Positions 55,135 through 64,000 of a stretch of DNA of 64,000 bases are shown piece after piece (position 1 is the stretch's first letter; each line of letters opens with the position of its first letter). The stretch is taken from assembly GCA_965205025.1 (NCBI GenBank), contig CBDBFU010000012.1, forward strand, positions 128,001 through 192,000. The letters are read 5' to 3'. The position numbers were made by a program, and so were the translations under genes. The notes under the pieces were generated by a model. The model was not told the origin of the DNA, ran no database searches, and was given only the letters and a program-made list of their open reading frames with translations. This DNA comes from Candidatus Poribacteria bacterium (lineage in GTDB: Bacteria > Poribacteria > WGA-4E > WGA-3G).

Positions 55135-56523
55135 CTATTGAGTATTTTTATTTACAAGGTTCGGTCCAAATCGACTTTCCATCCGGGTTCGTAAATCTCT
55201 AACTAAATGTTGTTCTGTATCAGCGATATTGTTCAATTCGTCTGGATCTTCATCAAGATTGTACAATTCAATGAACCCATCACTGTCTTCAATTAATTTA
55301 TAGGTATCCGTCCGAATACAACTGAATTTACGAAGTTTACCTACAGTTTCGCTACGGTGGTTTTCACTTTCACCACGGAGGACTGGGGCAATTGAGAGAC
55401 CGTCGATATTTTCCAAAACAGGCACGTCCGCGAAGTCACAGATTGTCGGGTTTAGATCAATTAGTTCAACTAAATCATCTGAAATCCCATTCCCTTCTAT
55501 TCCAGGTCCCGCTACGATTAATGGTACACGGAGAGATGCTTCATACGCTACACTCTTTGTATATAAACCGTGGTCACCAAGCATTTCACCATGATCACTT
55601 GAATAAATTATGTATGTGTTATCAAGGATGCCACGTTCTTCAAGTGCATTTAGCATCATACCTATCTGATCATCAATTAGTTCCGTTGCTGCACAATACT
55701 GACGTCGCGTAATAGCAATCTCTTCAGGCGTTAAATTGACAGTGCGTTTTCGCACCCATTCAGGTTTACCATTCATATCATCAATTATAGGATCCGGCAT
55801 ATCGGCGTCACGATACTTGTCTCCGTATTCTGTTGGGGGATCAAACGGGTCATGTGGACCGACGAAACTTACAAATAAGTGCCACGGAAAATCATCAGGT
55901 ATATTTTCAATAAAATCTGTCGCCCTTCTACCGATATAGGTATCCTCAAAATCTTCTGTTGAGAGGACAGAATCATAAGACCCTCCCTTAATCCATCCAT
56001 TCTTTGAACGATTTCGATAATCACGATAGAATGTTTCTAATAGACCTTTCTCCTCAAGATAGTGTGTATAGGGACCAATAGGTGTTGCTGATTTGCCAGC
56101 ATGCATTTTGCCTTCACACTCCTCTGGGTGTGTGAATCCCCAACTGTAGGTACGCGGACGATCGCCAAAACGACCATTGTAACCATCCGGTTTTGCAAGA
56201 TCCAATTTACCTACACAACCGACACGGTAGCCGTTGTCACGGAGTTGTTGATAATAGGTCGGTACGGTAGACGGAAGAAAACTGCCATTGTCAAGTGATC
56301 CTAACCGTGAAGGCTGTATCCCGGATGCCAATCCTATTCGTGATGGTGCACATACTGGAGCATTCGTCGTACAATTTGGAAAAGTTACCCCCATCTCAGT
56401 TAATCTACGTAGATTTGGGGTGTTAAGAGCTTCAGGGGCATTTTCATGTGTTTCTACATAGTCGTATCTATGTTGGTCAGACATTATAAAAAGTACGTTA
56501 GGTCTATCTGTTTTTCTACTCAT
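55135..56523 (-). CDS. Sulfatase (choline-sulfatase-like, Cys-type)
   Basis: PNVLFIMSDQHR, CAPSR, PHDPF, SSDHGEMLG. Confidence 0.92.
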   Translation of the reverse strand: MSRKTDRPNVLFIMSDQHRYDYVETHENAPEALNTPNLRRLTEMGVTFPNCTTNAPVCAPSRIGLASGIQPSRLGSLDNGSFLPSTVPTYYQQLRDNGYRVGCVGKLDLAKPDGYNGRFGDRPRTYSWGFTHPEECEGKMHAGKSATPIGPYTHYLEEKGLLETFYRDYRNRSKNGWIKGGSYDSVLSTEDFEDTYIGRRATDFIENIPDDFPWHLFVSFVGPHDPFDPPTEYGDKYRDADMPDPIIDDMNGKPEWVRKRTVNLTPEEIAITRRQYCAATELIDDQIGMMLNALEERGILDNTYIIYSSDHGEMLGDHGLYTKSVAYEASLRVPLIVAGPGIEGNGISDDLVELIDLNPTICDFADVPVLENIDGLSIAPVLRGESENHRSETVGKLRKFSCIRTDTYKLIEDSDGFIELYNLDEDPDELNNIADTEQHLVRDLRTRMESRFGPNLVNKNTQ

Positions 56524-56695
56524 ATATAATTACTCCAGTATGATTTTCATCATTGGTATAGTTTATTAAGTTTAGGATTGTAGTATTGAATATTATACAT
56601 GACATATATCTATGCTTCAAACATTATCGTCATGCGTGTGTAAAGTTTTTGGCACTAAACCTTACGCTGCTTATTTTCGCATCTCACACCTCTTC

Positions 56696-56739
56696 TGTAG
56701 GAGCGACCTCCTGGTCGCGACCGGGAGGTCGCTCCTACA
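56696..56739. repeat. GTAG-type REP doublet hairpin
   Basis: TGTAGGAGCGACCTCCTGGTCGCGACCGGGAGGTCGCTCCTACA, a near-perfect palindrome. Confidence 0.75.
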
Positions 56740-56773
56740 AGTAAAGTGTCAAATTAAATCTAAAATTTACTAT

Positions 56774-58232
56774 CAATACCTTCGCCAAAAACACTTGAAT
56801 AAAAAGGGTGTTTGTCCTAAAGTTTTAAAATATCATTTTAACTTAGAAAGGACACACACCCATGCCAGAAATTATAGCATTATTTACTGTATTTAATCTA
56901 TGTTTATCCACTACTATGATCCGCCAGTTATGTCAAGTTGTATTTGCCCTGCTTGCGATGACAGGTCAGGTCACAATGTTAAATATCTCCCGTTGGACAT
57001 CAAAAGGAGGGAGTTATCGTACGATACAACGCTTCTTTAGCACAGATCTCCCTTGGCCAAAGATGTGTTGGCTCTTTTTCAAAAAATATCTGTTTGATCC
57101 TAAAAGTTTGTATATCCTTGTAGCAGATGAAGTCACGGTGTCAAAAACTGGGAAAAAAACTTATGGTATAGATCGCTTCTTCTCCTCATTACATGGAAAA
57201 CCGATTTCCGGTTTGTCATTTTTAGCGGTGTCCTTAGTAAGCGTCAAAGACAGGTGTTCTTACCCAATGATGATGGAACAAATCGTGCGTAGCAACGCAT
57301 CAGCCAATATGGATGTGTCTGCAATCGAAGATCAGGAGAATACACAGAAAGCCATAACAAAACGAGGGCGTGGTCGCCCCAAAGGGAGCCTGAATCGAAA
57401 CAAAAAGGATGTTGTGTTCAGCAATACTTTGAAACAACTTCAAACTATGGTGAAATCATTTCTCAAACAGATGGGAGATTGTATCAAACTCCGTTATTTT
57501 GTGCTTGATGGATATTTCGGACACAATAATGCGCTACAAATGGTATCACAATGTGGTCTCCATCTCATTTCAAAACTTCGCACAGATGCTGCGCTCTATT
57601 ATCCACCAACGACACCGTATAAAGGTCGTGGACGCCGCGCCCTCTATGGGGATCGTTTCAATCCACAACAAATGGATAACAAATGGCGTGTCTCTGTTGA
57701 AACAACCGATAACATCAGAACCGAAGTGTATCAAGTACACTTGCGTCATAAGCAGTTTGCGGATCCTCTCAATATTGTTTGTCTTCTCAAGACGCATCTG
57801 CTGACAGGACAAAAATCACACGTGTTATTGTTTAGTTCTGACCTAAAACTGAGTGCTCTAAAGATGATTGATTATTACTCCCTTCGTTTTCAAATAGAGT
57901 TTAACTTCAGAGACGCAAAACAGTATTGGGGGTTGGAAGATTTTATGAATGTCAAAAAAACACCTGTGAACAATGCAGCAAACTTATCCTTGTTTATGGT
58001 AAATGTGAGTGCGAAAATGGCAAACACATTTCGGTCTAATAACACGGCGTGTAGCGTATTAGATTTGAAAGCAAAATACCGAGCTATGAAGTATTTAGAG
58101 GAAACATTAAAAATACTTCCGCAAAAACCTGAACCTATTGTTATTGAGCAAATCACACAGCACCTTAGTTCTATCGGTGCTATTCATCACACACAGTTAG
58201 AACTAAGCACAGGATAATTGGCGAAGGTATTG
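56774..58232 (+). mobile_element. IS701/IS4-like insertion sequence
   Basis: Perfect 15-bp IR CAATACCTTCGCCAA at 56774-56788 and 58218-58232. Confidence 0.88.
56862..58217 (+). CDS. DDE transposase (IS701/IS4-like)
   Basis: VADEVTVSK, VLDGYFG, YYSLRFQIEFNFRDAKQYWGL. Confidence 0.92.
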   Translation: MPEIIALFTVFNLCLSTTMIRQLCQVVFALLAMTGQVTMLNISRWTSKGGSYRTIQRFFSTDLPWPKMCWLFFKKYLFDPKSLYILVADEVTVSKTGKKTYGIDRFFSSLHGKPISGLSFLAVSLVSVKDRCSYPMMMEQIVRSNASANMDVSAIEDQENTQKAITKRGRGRPKGSLNRNKKDVVFSNTLKQLQTMVKSFLKQMGDCIKLRYFVLDGYFGHNNALQMVSQCGLHLISKLRTDAALYYPPTTPYKGRGRRALYGDRFNPQQMDNKWRVSVETTDNIRTEVYQVHLRHKQFADPLNIVCLLKTHLLTGQKSHVLLFSSDLKLSALKMIDYYSLRFQIEFNFRDAKQYWGLEDFMNVKKTPVNNAANLSLFMVNVSAKMANTFRSNNTACSVLDLKAKYRAMKYLEETLKILPQKPEPIVIEQITQHLSSIGAIHHTQLELSTG

Positions 58233-58301
58233 TTATATGATACACAATTAAATTTCCAGATAAGTTTATAGTTATATTCAAAGATCAATCAGTGGGGTTA
58301 T

Positions 58302-61238
58302 ATGATGACAGAGAATAGTGTCCTACTCATTCATAGGGTTTTGGATGGGGATGAAGAAGCATTTACCTCTTTGGTTCAAATGTACCAGAAGAGAATACAT
58401 GCACTTGCTTGGCGGAAAATAGGAGATTATCATATAGCTGAAGAAATAACACAAGACACTTTTCTTCAAGTATACAAAAACCTTTCTACCCTCAGTAATC
58501 CCAAACAATTTGATGGTTGGCTGTATGTAATTGCCAATCGTTTATGCATAAATTGGATACAACGACATAAGACACCAATGCAGTCCATAGATGCTACCCC
58601 GACTCATGAAGTTGAAAAGGTATATTCTCACAAGTATGAGTCGGAGCAACGAGAGAAGGAAACCCTTGAACGTTATAGTGATATTGTAAAAAATCTACTC
58701 GAGAAACTACCAGAAAGTGAACGCACCGTAATTACGCTCTATTATTTCGGAGAAATGACTGCGAAGGAGATAGGTAAGTTCTTAGGTGTATCGGTAAACA
58801 CAATTAAGAGTCGACTGCGAAGAGCACGAAACCGTTTGAAACAGGATGAACCGATGATACGTGAAGCCATCACGCATTTCCAAATATCTCCTACCCTATC
58901 AGAGAATGTCTTGCGTGAAGTTTCTCGACTTCAACCCAATTCACCTTCTGGTAGTAAACCGTTTATCCCATGGGTATTAGGTACAACGACTGCTGCATTA
59001 CTTTTACTATTGCTGGGAACTGGCAGTCAATACTTTACCCGTCATCAGTCACCCTATAGTTTGGATTCCCAATCTGAGATGTCAGTGGATATCGTAGATT
59101 CTGCAATAGTCAATGATAATGAATCCAAACTGGATCTTCGAAATCATGAAAAGGATGTATCCGATATTGTCGGCAAAGGAAATGAAGGAAGTAAGGAATT
59201 AGAACAAGTGTCAACCGATCAAGGCAACTTAATCACAGATCAACACATTCAAGATGCAGTCCGTGATGTTTTACCACAATGGGATTTACCAGTAGGTGTC
59301 AAAGCAAGACTTGGTAAAGGAAAACTTCGCGATATGGAGTATTCTCCTGATGGAACATTACTTGCTGTTGCAGGACCTGTGGGAATTTGGTTGTATGACG
59401 CAAAAACGCTTCAGGAACTTGATCTACTTGTTCATTCACATGATGTAATTGGTATTAGGAGTTATAGGATTGAAAGTATATCTTTTAGTCCTGATGGTAG
59501 AACCCTTGCAAGTTGTAACTCCGGTTTTATCGCATTGTGGGATATTGAATCAAGGAAACGGATCAGTACTCCTACAACAGAGTATATTGGATCTGATAGT
59601 ATTTTATTTAGTCCGGATGGGAAGACTCTTGCAGGGATAGATCATAAAGAGGTGCATTTATTTGATGCAAAAACTGGAAAACTTAAGAGAACTATTCCAG
59701 AACAACCAGATTATATAAATTGCATTGCATTTAGTGTGGATGGACAGACAATTGCTACCGTTGATCGTGATGGACAAATTCGATTCTGGGACACTAACAC
59801 TGGTAAGGTAAAAGACACACTTGGAACACACAAGAAAGCTGTAAAAAGTGTTAAGTTTAGTCCGGATGGTAAAACCATCGCTACCAGGAATATAGATGGC
59901 AAGGTGCGATTATGGAATGCTGATACTAAACGACTTGAGAATACACTCTCTATACATAAAAAGTCGATTTACGATGTAGCGTTTAGTCCAGATGGGAATA
60001 CCCTCATAACAGAAAGTTCAGACAAGACAATTCGTCTATGGAATACAAAAACAGGTAACAAGGTCAAGGTAGTTGATTTTGGTGATAATGTTGATCAGGT
60101 ATTGTTTAGTCCTGATGGTAATACGATTGCAACTGCCAGTAGACATCATTCTATACAACTGTGGGATGCAAAATCTGGGATACTTAATAAAAAACTTGAT
60201 GGACATGCTTACCCTGTAACAGGTCTCTGGTTTAGTCCAGATGGTGAAACTCTGGCGAGTACGACTACTGATAATACTATCCGGTTATGGAATGTAAAGA
60301 CACTCCAACTTAAGAGTGTTCTTACAAATCAATTCTTCTTAGATAAAAATCAGGAACAAAAAGCGTATGTTGAGAACGTAGCGTTTAGTCCAGATGGTAA
60401 AATTCTCGCAAGTGCTGCAGGTGAGAAGAATAATCCTTCAGATTTGCTTGAGGAAAATTACCAAAATTTGCGTGGAAGTAATAACATCCTGCTATGGGAT
60501 ACAGAAACTGGAAGACAGGTAAATACACTAAAGGGACATATAAGTTATGTTGAGTGTATTGCTTTTAGTCCAGATGGACAGACACTTGTGAGTGGTAGTC
60601 AGAAAGGTAATATGCATTTCTGGCATGTCAGAAACGGTAAACATAGGAAGACAATTGACTTACACAATGAAAGTATTACAAGCATTTCGTTTAGTCATAA
60701 TGGACAGGTAATTGCTTACGGGAGCCACAACGGAACCGTTTCCTTATTAGACGTAAACACTTATGAGAATATCAAAACCTTTACTGGTCATGTAAATGAA
60801 GTTAGGACACTCACTTTTAGTCCGGATGGTCAAACTCTTGCAAGTACGGGTGTGGATAGTACGCTTCGTTTATGGGATGTTTCCACAGGACAACAGAAGA
60901 TGGGACTAACAGGTTATTGGCTCAATGGGCGTATGGGAACATTTTGGAATGTATTTTTCCATCCGGATGGAAAAGTGGTAGCAAGTGAAAGTGGAAGTTC
61001 CCAATTGGGTAACCACCACCTGTGGGGTAAAATACATTTATGGGATGTTATCAGTGGACAGCATAAGCATGTAATCACGAGTGATATCTCTAAACCATTA
61101 AGTGCTGCTATCAGTCCGGATGGAAAAACAATAGCACAAGGTAACTATGAAGGTACGGTATTCTTGTGGAATATTCCATCTCTATCAGATAATGATAACT
61201 CTGAAAAATTAACACATAAGATTGAAAAGTCTAACTGA
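58302..61238 (+). CDS. ECF sigma factor + transmembrane helix + WD40 repeats
   Basis: Sigma regions 2/4, hydrophobic PWVLGTTTAALLLLLLG segment, many FSPDG WD repeats. Confidence 0.9.
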   Translation: MMTENSVLLIHRVLDGDEEAFTSLVQMYQKRIHALAWRKIGDYHIAEEITQDTFLQVYKNLSTLSNPKQFDGWLYVIANRLCINWIQRHKTPMQSIDATPTHEVEKVYSHKYESEQREKETLERYSDIVKNLLEKLPESERTVITLYYFGEMTAKEIGKFLGVSVNTIKSRLRRARNRLKQDEPMIREAITHFQISPTLSENVLREVSRLQPNSPSGSKPFIPWVLGTTTAALLLLLLGTGSQYFTRHQSPYSLDSQSEMSVDIVDSAIVNDNESKLDLRNHEKDVSDIVGKGNEGSKELEQVSTDQGNLITDQHIQDAVRDVLPQWDLPVGVKARLGKGKLRDMEYSPDGTLLAVAGPVGIWLYDAKTLQELDLLVHSHDVIGIRSYRIESISFSPDGRTLASCNSGFIALWDIESRKRISTPTTEYIGSDSILFSPDGKTLAGIDHKEVHLFDAKTGKLKRTIPEQPDYINCIAFSVDGQTIATVDRDGQIRFWDTNTGKVKDTLGTHKKAVKSVKFSPDGKTIATRNIDGKVRLWNADTKRLENTLSIHKKSIYDVAFSPDGNTLITESSDKTIRLWNTKTGNKVKVVDFGDNVDQVLFSPDGNTIATASRHHSIQLWDAKSGILNKKLDGHAYPVTGLWFSPDGETLASTTTDNTIRLWNVKTLQLKSVLTNQFFLDKNQEQKAYVENVAFSPDGKILASAAGEKNNPSDLLEENYQNLRGSNNILLWDTETGRQVNTLKGHISYVECIAFSPDGQTLVSGSQKGNMHFWHVRNGKHRKTIDLHNESITSISFSHNGQVIAYGSHNGTVSLLDVNTYENIKTFTGHVNEVRTLTFSPDGQTLASTGVDSTLRLWDVSTGQQKMGLTGYWLNGRMGTFWNVFFHPDGKVVASESGSSQLGNHHLWGKIHLWDVISGQHKHVITSDISKPLSAAISPDGKTIAQGNYEGTVFLWNIPSLSDNDNSEKLTHKIEKSN

Positions 61239-61249
61239 AGTCTACTTCT

Positions 61250-63418
61250 ATGATACGTAAAATAAGTATTTCTCTCTTGTTAATTACTGTTTTATCCATT
61301 TTGTTAATTTCCGTTATTGCAAAACGACAAGAGCGTGTGGTCATTGAAGATCTAATCATTGATTCGCCTCAACGATATTTACCGAATGATGATGTTATGG
61401 CACGGGTTGGCAAAGGTAGCATCAATAAAATAAAATATTCACCTGATGGTACAATCTTAGCGGTGGCAACAGGTATTGGGTTATGGCTCTATGATGCAAA
61501 TAATACTGATGAACTTGCTCTGTTGATGCCACATACATCAAATATAACCTGTATGTGTTTCAGTCCCGATGGAGAAACACTCGTTACTGGAAGCAAAGAT
61601 GAAATTGTTCGACTATGGGACGTTAAAACTCGAACACTCAAACAGATTTTTAGAGGACACACTATAGAAGTCTTTAATGTAGCGTTTAGTCTTGATGGTA
61701 AGACACTTGGAAGTGCATCAAGAGGGGAAATCAATATATGGGATATTCAGACAAGCACACATAAGAAAATTATCAAGAATCCATTCAATCCTTCCAATTG
61801 GTATAACAGTGGCTCACAACTATTCTATGTTGGAAATACACTAATTTTTGCTGAGGTTAGTAATAATGATAAGAAAGTTGAATTCATCAATATTAACAAA
61901 GTTGAAGGATTCTATATTAACAGAGAAAAGCAAGAGAGTACAATCTATGATTTGGAGGATTTTAGTAGAATATTTTTCAGTCCCAATGGCAGTTTACTCG
62001 CAACGGTATCATATAATACCATTCACCTTTTGGATGTTCACAACCAGAAAGACCAAATTATAAAAATAGACAATCGTGCTATTGCCGATGTATCTTTCAG
62101 TCCGGATGGTAAGACGCTTGCTGTTGTTAGTTTTGAATGGATAATTTATTTATGGGATATTGATACGGGGAAAGTAAAAGATACGATCAATCTACATACA
62201 GTTAAAATTTCTCGATTAACCTATAGTCCAGATGGATCAACCATTGTTAGTTGGGGAAACGATGGAATTATACGATTCTGGGATCTTACTACAAAAGAAC
62301 TGGTCAACACAATTACGGGACATATGGGTTGGTGGGATTTCTCATTGAGTCCTGATGGATATAATATAATAGGCTATGGAGGTAGTAAAACAATACATTT
62401 ATGGGATGCAAACATTGGTAAGCATCAGAAATCACTTACAGGACATAAGGAGACGATTTACAGTGTTGATATCAGTCCAGGCGGAACTACAATTGCAAGT
62501 AGCAGTAATGACAAGACTATACGTCTTTGGAATCTGAATACAGGGGAAGTAAGAAAAATTATGAGGGGATATAGGAATCCAGTAGATAAACTATTGTTTA
62601 ATCAAGATGGACATATACTTGCAACCGTAGATACGGAGCATAATATCCGATTATGGGATACGGCATCAGGTAAATATCTGATAACTCTAAATGGAATGAC
62701 AGACGCTGGTATTATAACGATGGCGTTTAGCAGTGATAGAAAGACTCTAACAAGTGTTGGATACGCTCACAAATTTTATGTAGGGAAACTTCATGTATGG
62801 AACATTAATACAGGAGAATTAAAACATGAAATAAGTATAAATCCTACAAATGGATATAGTGCTTCCTCATTTAGTAGTAAAGTACTATTTAGCCCTGATG
62901 GACAGACACTTGCCATAACGCTATCAAAAACTCCTTCTGACAACTCAAGAAGGGTTCATGCAATAGTTTTATGGGATGTCCGAACTGGAAAAATCAAACA
63001 CACTCTTACTGGACATAGAAACGATGTCTCGAGTATATCCTTTAGTTCTGATGGTAATACTTTGGCAAGTGGAGGGGATGATAAAACGATCCGAGTGTGG
63101 GATCTTGCCACTGGTGAGGAAAAACTGCTACTTTCGGATCCACAATGGCATCAAATTCTTTCAGGTGGTTTTGGTTTCGTTTCGCAACTGTCCTTTAGTC
63201 CAGATGGTCGTATTCTTGCAAGTGGAATTTCTGAAGGGGTAATCTACCTATGGGATATAGATACTGGAGAGCAGACAAAGATTCTCAAAGGACATACTGG
63301 ATATATGAGGAAGTTAACTTTTACTAAAGAGATGAAAACTCTTATGAGTCACAGTAGTGATGGAACTGTACTAATATGGGATATCTCATCGATAATGAAA
63401 ACTGCAGACGATAATTAA
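61250..63418 (+). CDS. Secreted/anchored WD40-repeat protein
   Basis: N-terminal signal/TM segment, ARVGKG motif, many SPDG repeats. Confidence 0.9.
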   Translation: MIRKISISLLLITVLSILLISVIAKRQERVVIEDLIIDSPQRYLPNDDVMARVGKGSINKIKYSPDGTILAVATGIGLWLYDANNTDELALLMPHTSNITCMCFSPDGETLVTGSKDEIVRLWDVKTRTLKQIFRGHTIEVFNVAFSLDGKTLGSASRGEINIWDIQTSTHKKIIKNPFNPSNWYNSGSQLFYVGNTLIFAEVSNNDKKVEFININKVEGFYINREKQESTIYDLEDFSRIFFSPNGSLLATVSYNTIHLLDVHNQKDQIIKIDNRAIADVSFSPDGKTLAVVSFEWIIYLWDIDTGKVKDTINLHTVKISRLTYSPDGSTIVSWGNDGIIRFWDLTTKELVNTITGHMGWWDFSLSPDGYNIIGYGGSKTIHLWDANIGKHQKSLTGHKETIYSVDISPGGTTIASSSNDKTIRLWNLNTGEVRKIMRGYRNPVDKLLFNQDGHILATVDTEHNIRLWDTASGKYLITLNGMTDAGIITMAFSSDRKTLTSVGYAHKFYVGKLHVWNINTGELKHEISINPTNGYSASSFSSKVLFSPDGQTLAITLSKTPSDNSRRVHAIVLWDVRTGKIKHTLTGHRNDVSSISFSSDGNTLASGGDDKTIRVWDLATGEEKLLLSDPQWHQILSGGFGFVSQLSFSPDGRILASGISEGVIYLWDIDTGEQTKILKGHTGYMRKLTFTKEMKTLMSHSSDGTVLIWDISSIMKTADDN

Positions 63419-63595
63419 TGTGTTAACTTAATGGTAGGAGAAACTCCGTTTTCAATCGAATCCCAATTTTCGTCATTTCTGTAAAAACTCAGAAACATCA
63501 ATACTCTTACTGCTAATAGAACTAAATGGTTAATATAACGACTTGTGTTTAGTTCACTAATTGTATTTTCTGTTTTCACGAAGTTTAAATTCTAT

Positions 63596-63715
63596 GCTAT
63601 AAACATTTCGTCCCTACCAAATCAAGGAATCAACGGTATGAATGCGCGTATGGCATTCCCCGGGACTCAAGAGATGTGTATAGTTTTTCTATAAACATTC
63701 CGTCCCTACGGGACT
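63596..63715. repeat. Cluster of dispersed palindromic repeats
   Basis: CTATAAACATTCCGTCCCTACGGGAC (inverse copy at ~24967) and AATCAAGGAATCAACGGTATGAATG..GGCATTCCCCGGG. Confidence 0.65.
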
Positions 63716-64000
63716 AAAAAACGGTTTAACTGACGAAAGATATTCTATAAACCTTTATTGTTGTGTAACGATTGGTTACAAAAAGTTATCTAGCACAACG
63801 CGTTAATATACATTATCTAAATACACAAGACAGGAAAGAAGAAATATGTAATAATAAAGGTTGAATGACTTATTCTAAAATACATACATACCATACATGA
63901 AATACTACATACATATAATACTCATTCTTCTCGTTTTATTTGCTTCTAATTCTATCAGTCAAGTTAAATCTCAAGTAACCGGACACTGGGAAGGAACGAT

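Noticed and set aside
63875-63920. (CATA)n-like tandem repeat
   Set aside because: Short, degenerate low-complexity sequence with no supportable function

Overview
AT-rich bacterial window. Its gene content suggests Candidatus Poribacteria, a sponge symbiont (inference): ECF sigma-propeller fusions, WD40 and LamG proteins with a C-terminal GKxxxxWGxLK motif, many FGE-sulfatase-fold proteins, sulfatases and glycoside hydrolases. The standout is a ~13.4 kb co-oriented locus (7939-21299) behind a consensus TTGACA-17-TATAAT promoter. It encodes a GrpE-like protein, an atypical lid-less Hsp70, and eight tandem paralogs. Each paralog has a ~55-aa helical N-domain, a divergent J-domain (HPD replaced by RPD/RSD/RQD) and a C-terminal binding module (one WD40, seven non-catalytic FGE/C-type-lectin folds). 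The Hsp70 is itself altered at the J-domain docking site (R167->Q, linker VLLL->VTVT), suggesting a dedicated chaperone system with a panel of substrate adaptors. The rest holds carbohydrate/sulfate catabolism and housekeeping genes (kdsB, pyrG, groEL, CCA enzyme, scpAB, thrC, xylA, cstA, mobA). There are three IS elements, and MITEs nested in REP-like hairpins. A 41.5-49.7 kb block has many frameshifts that are most likely assembly errors. No rRNA, tRNA or CRISPR array was seen.
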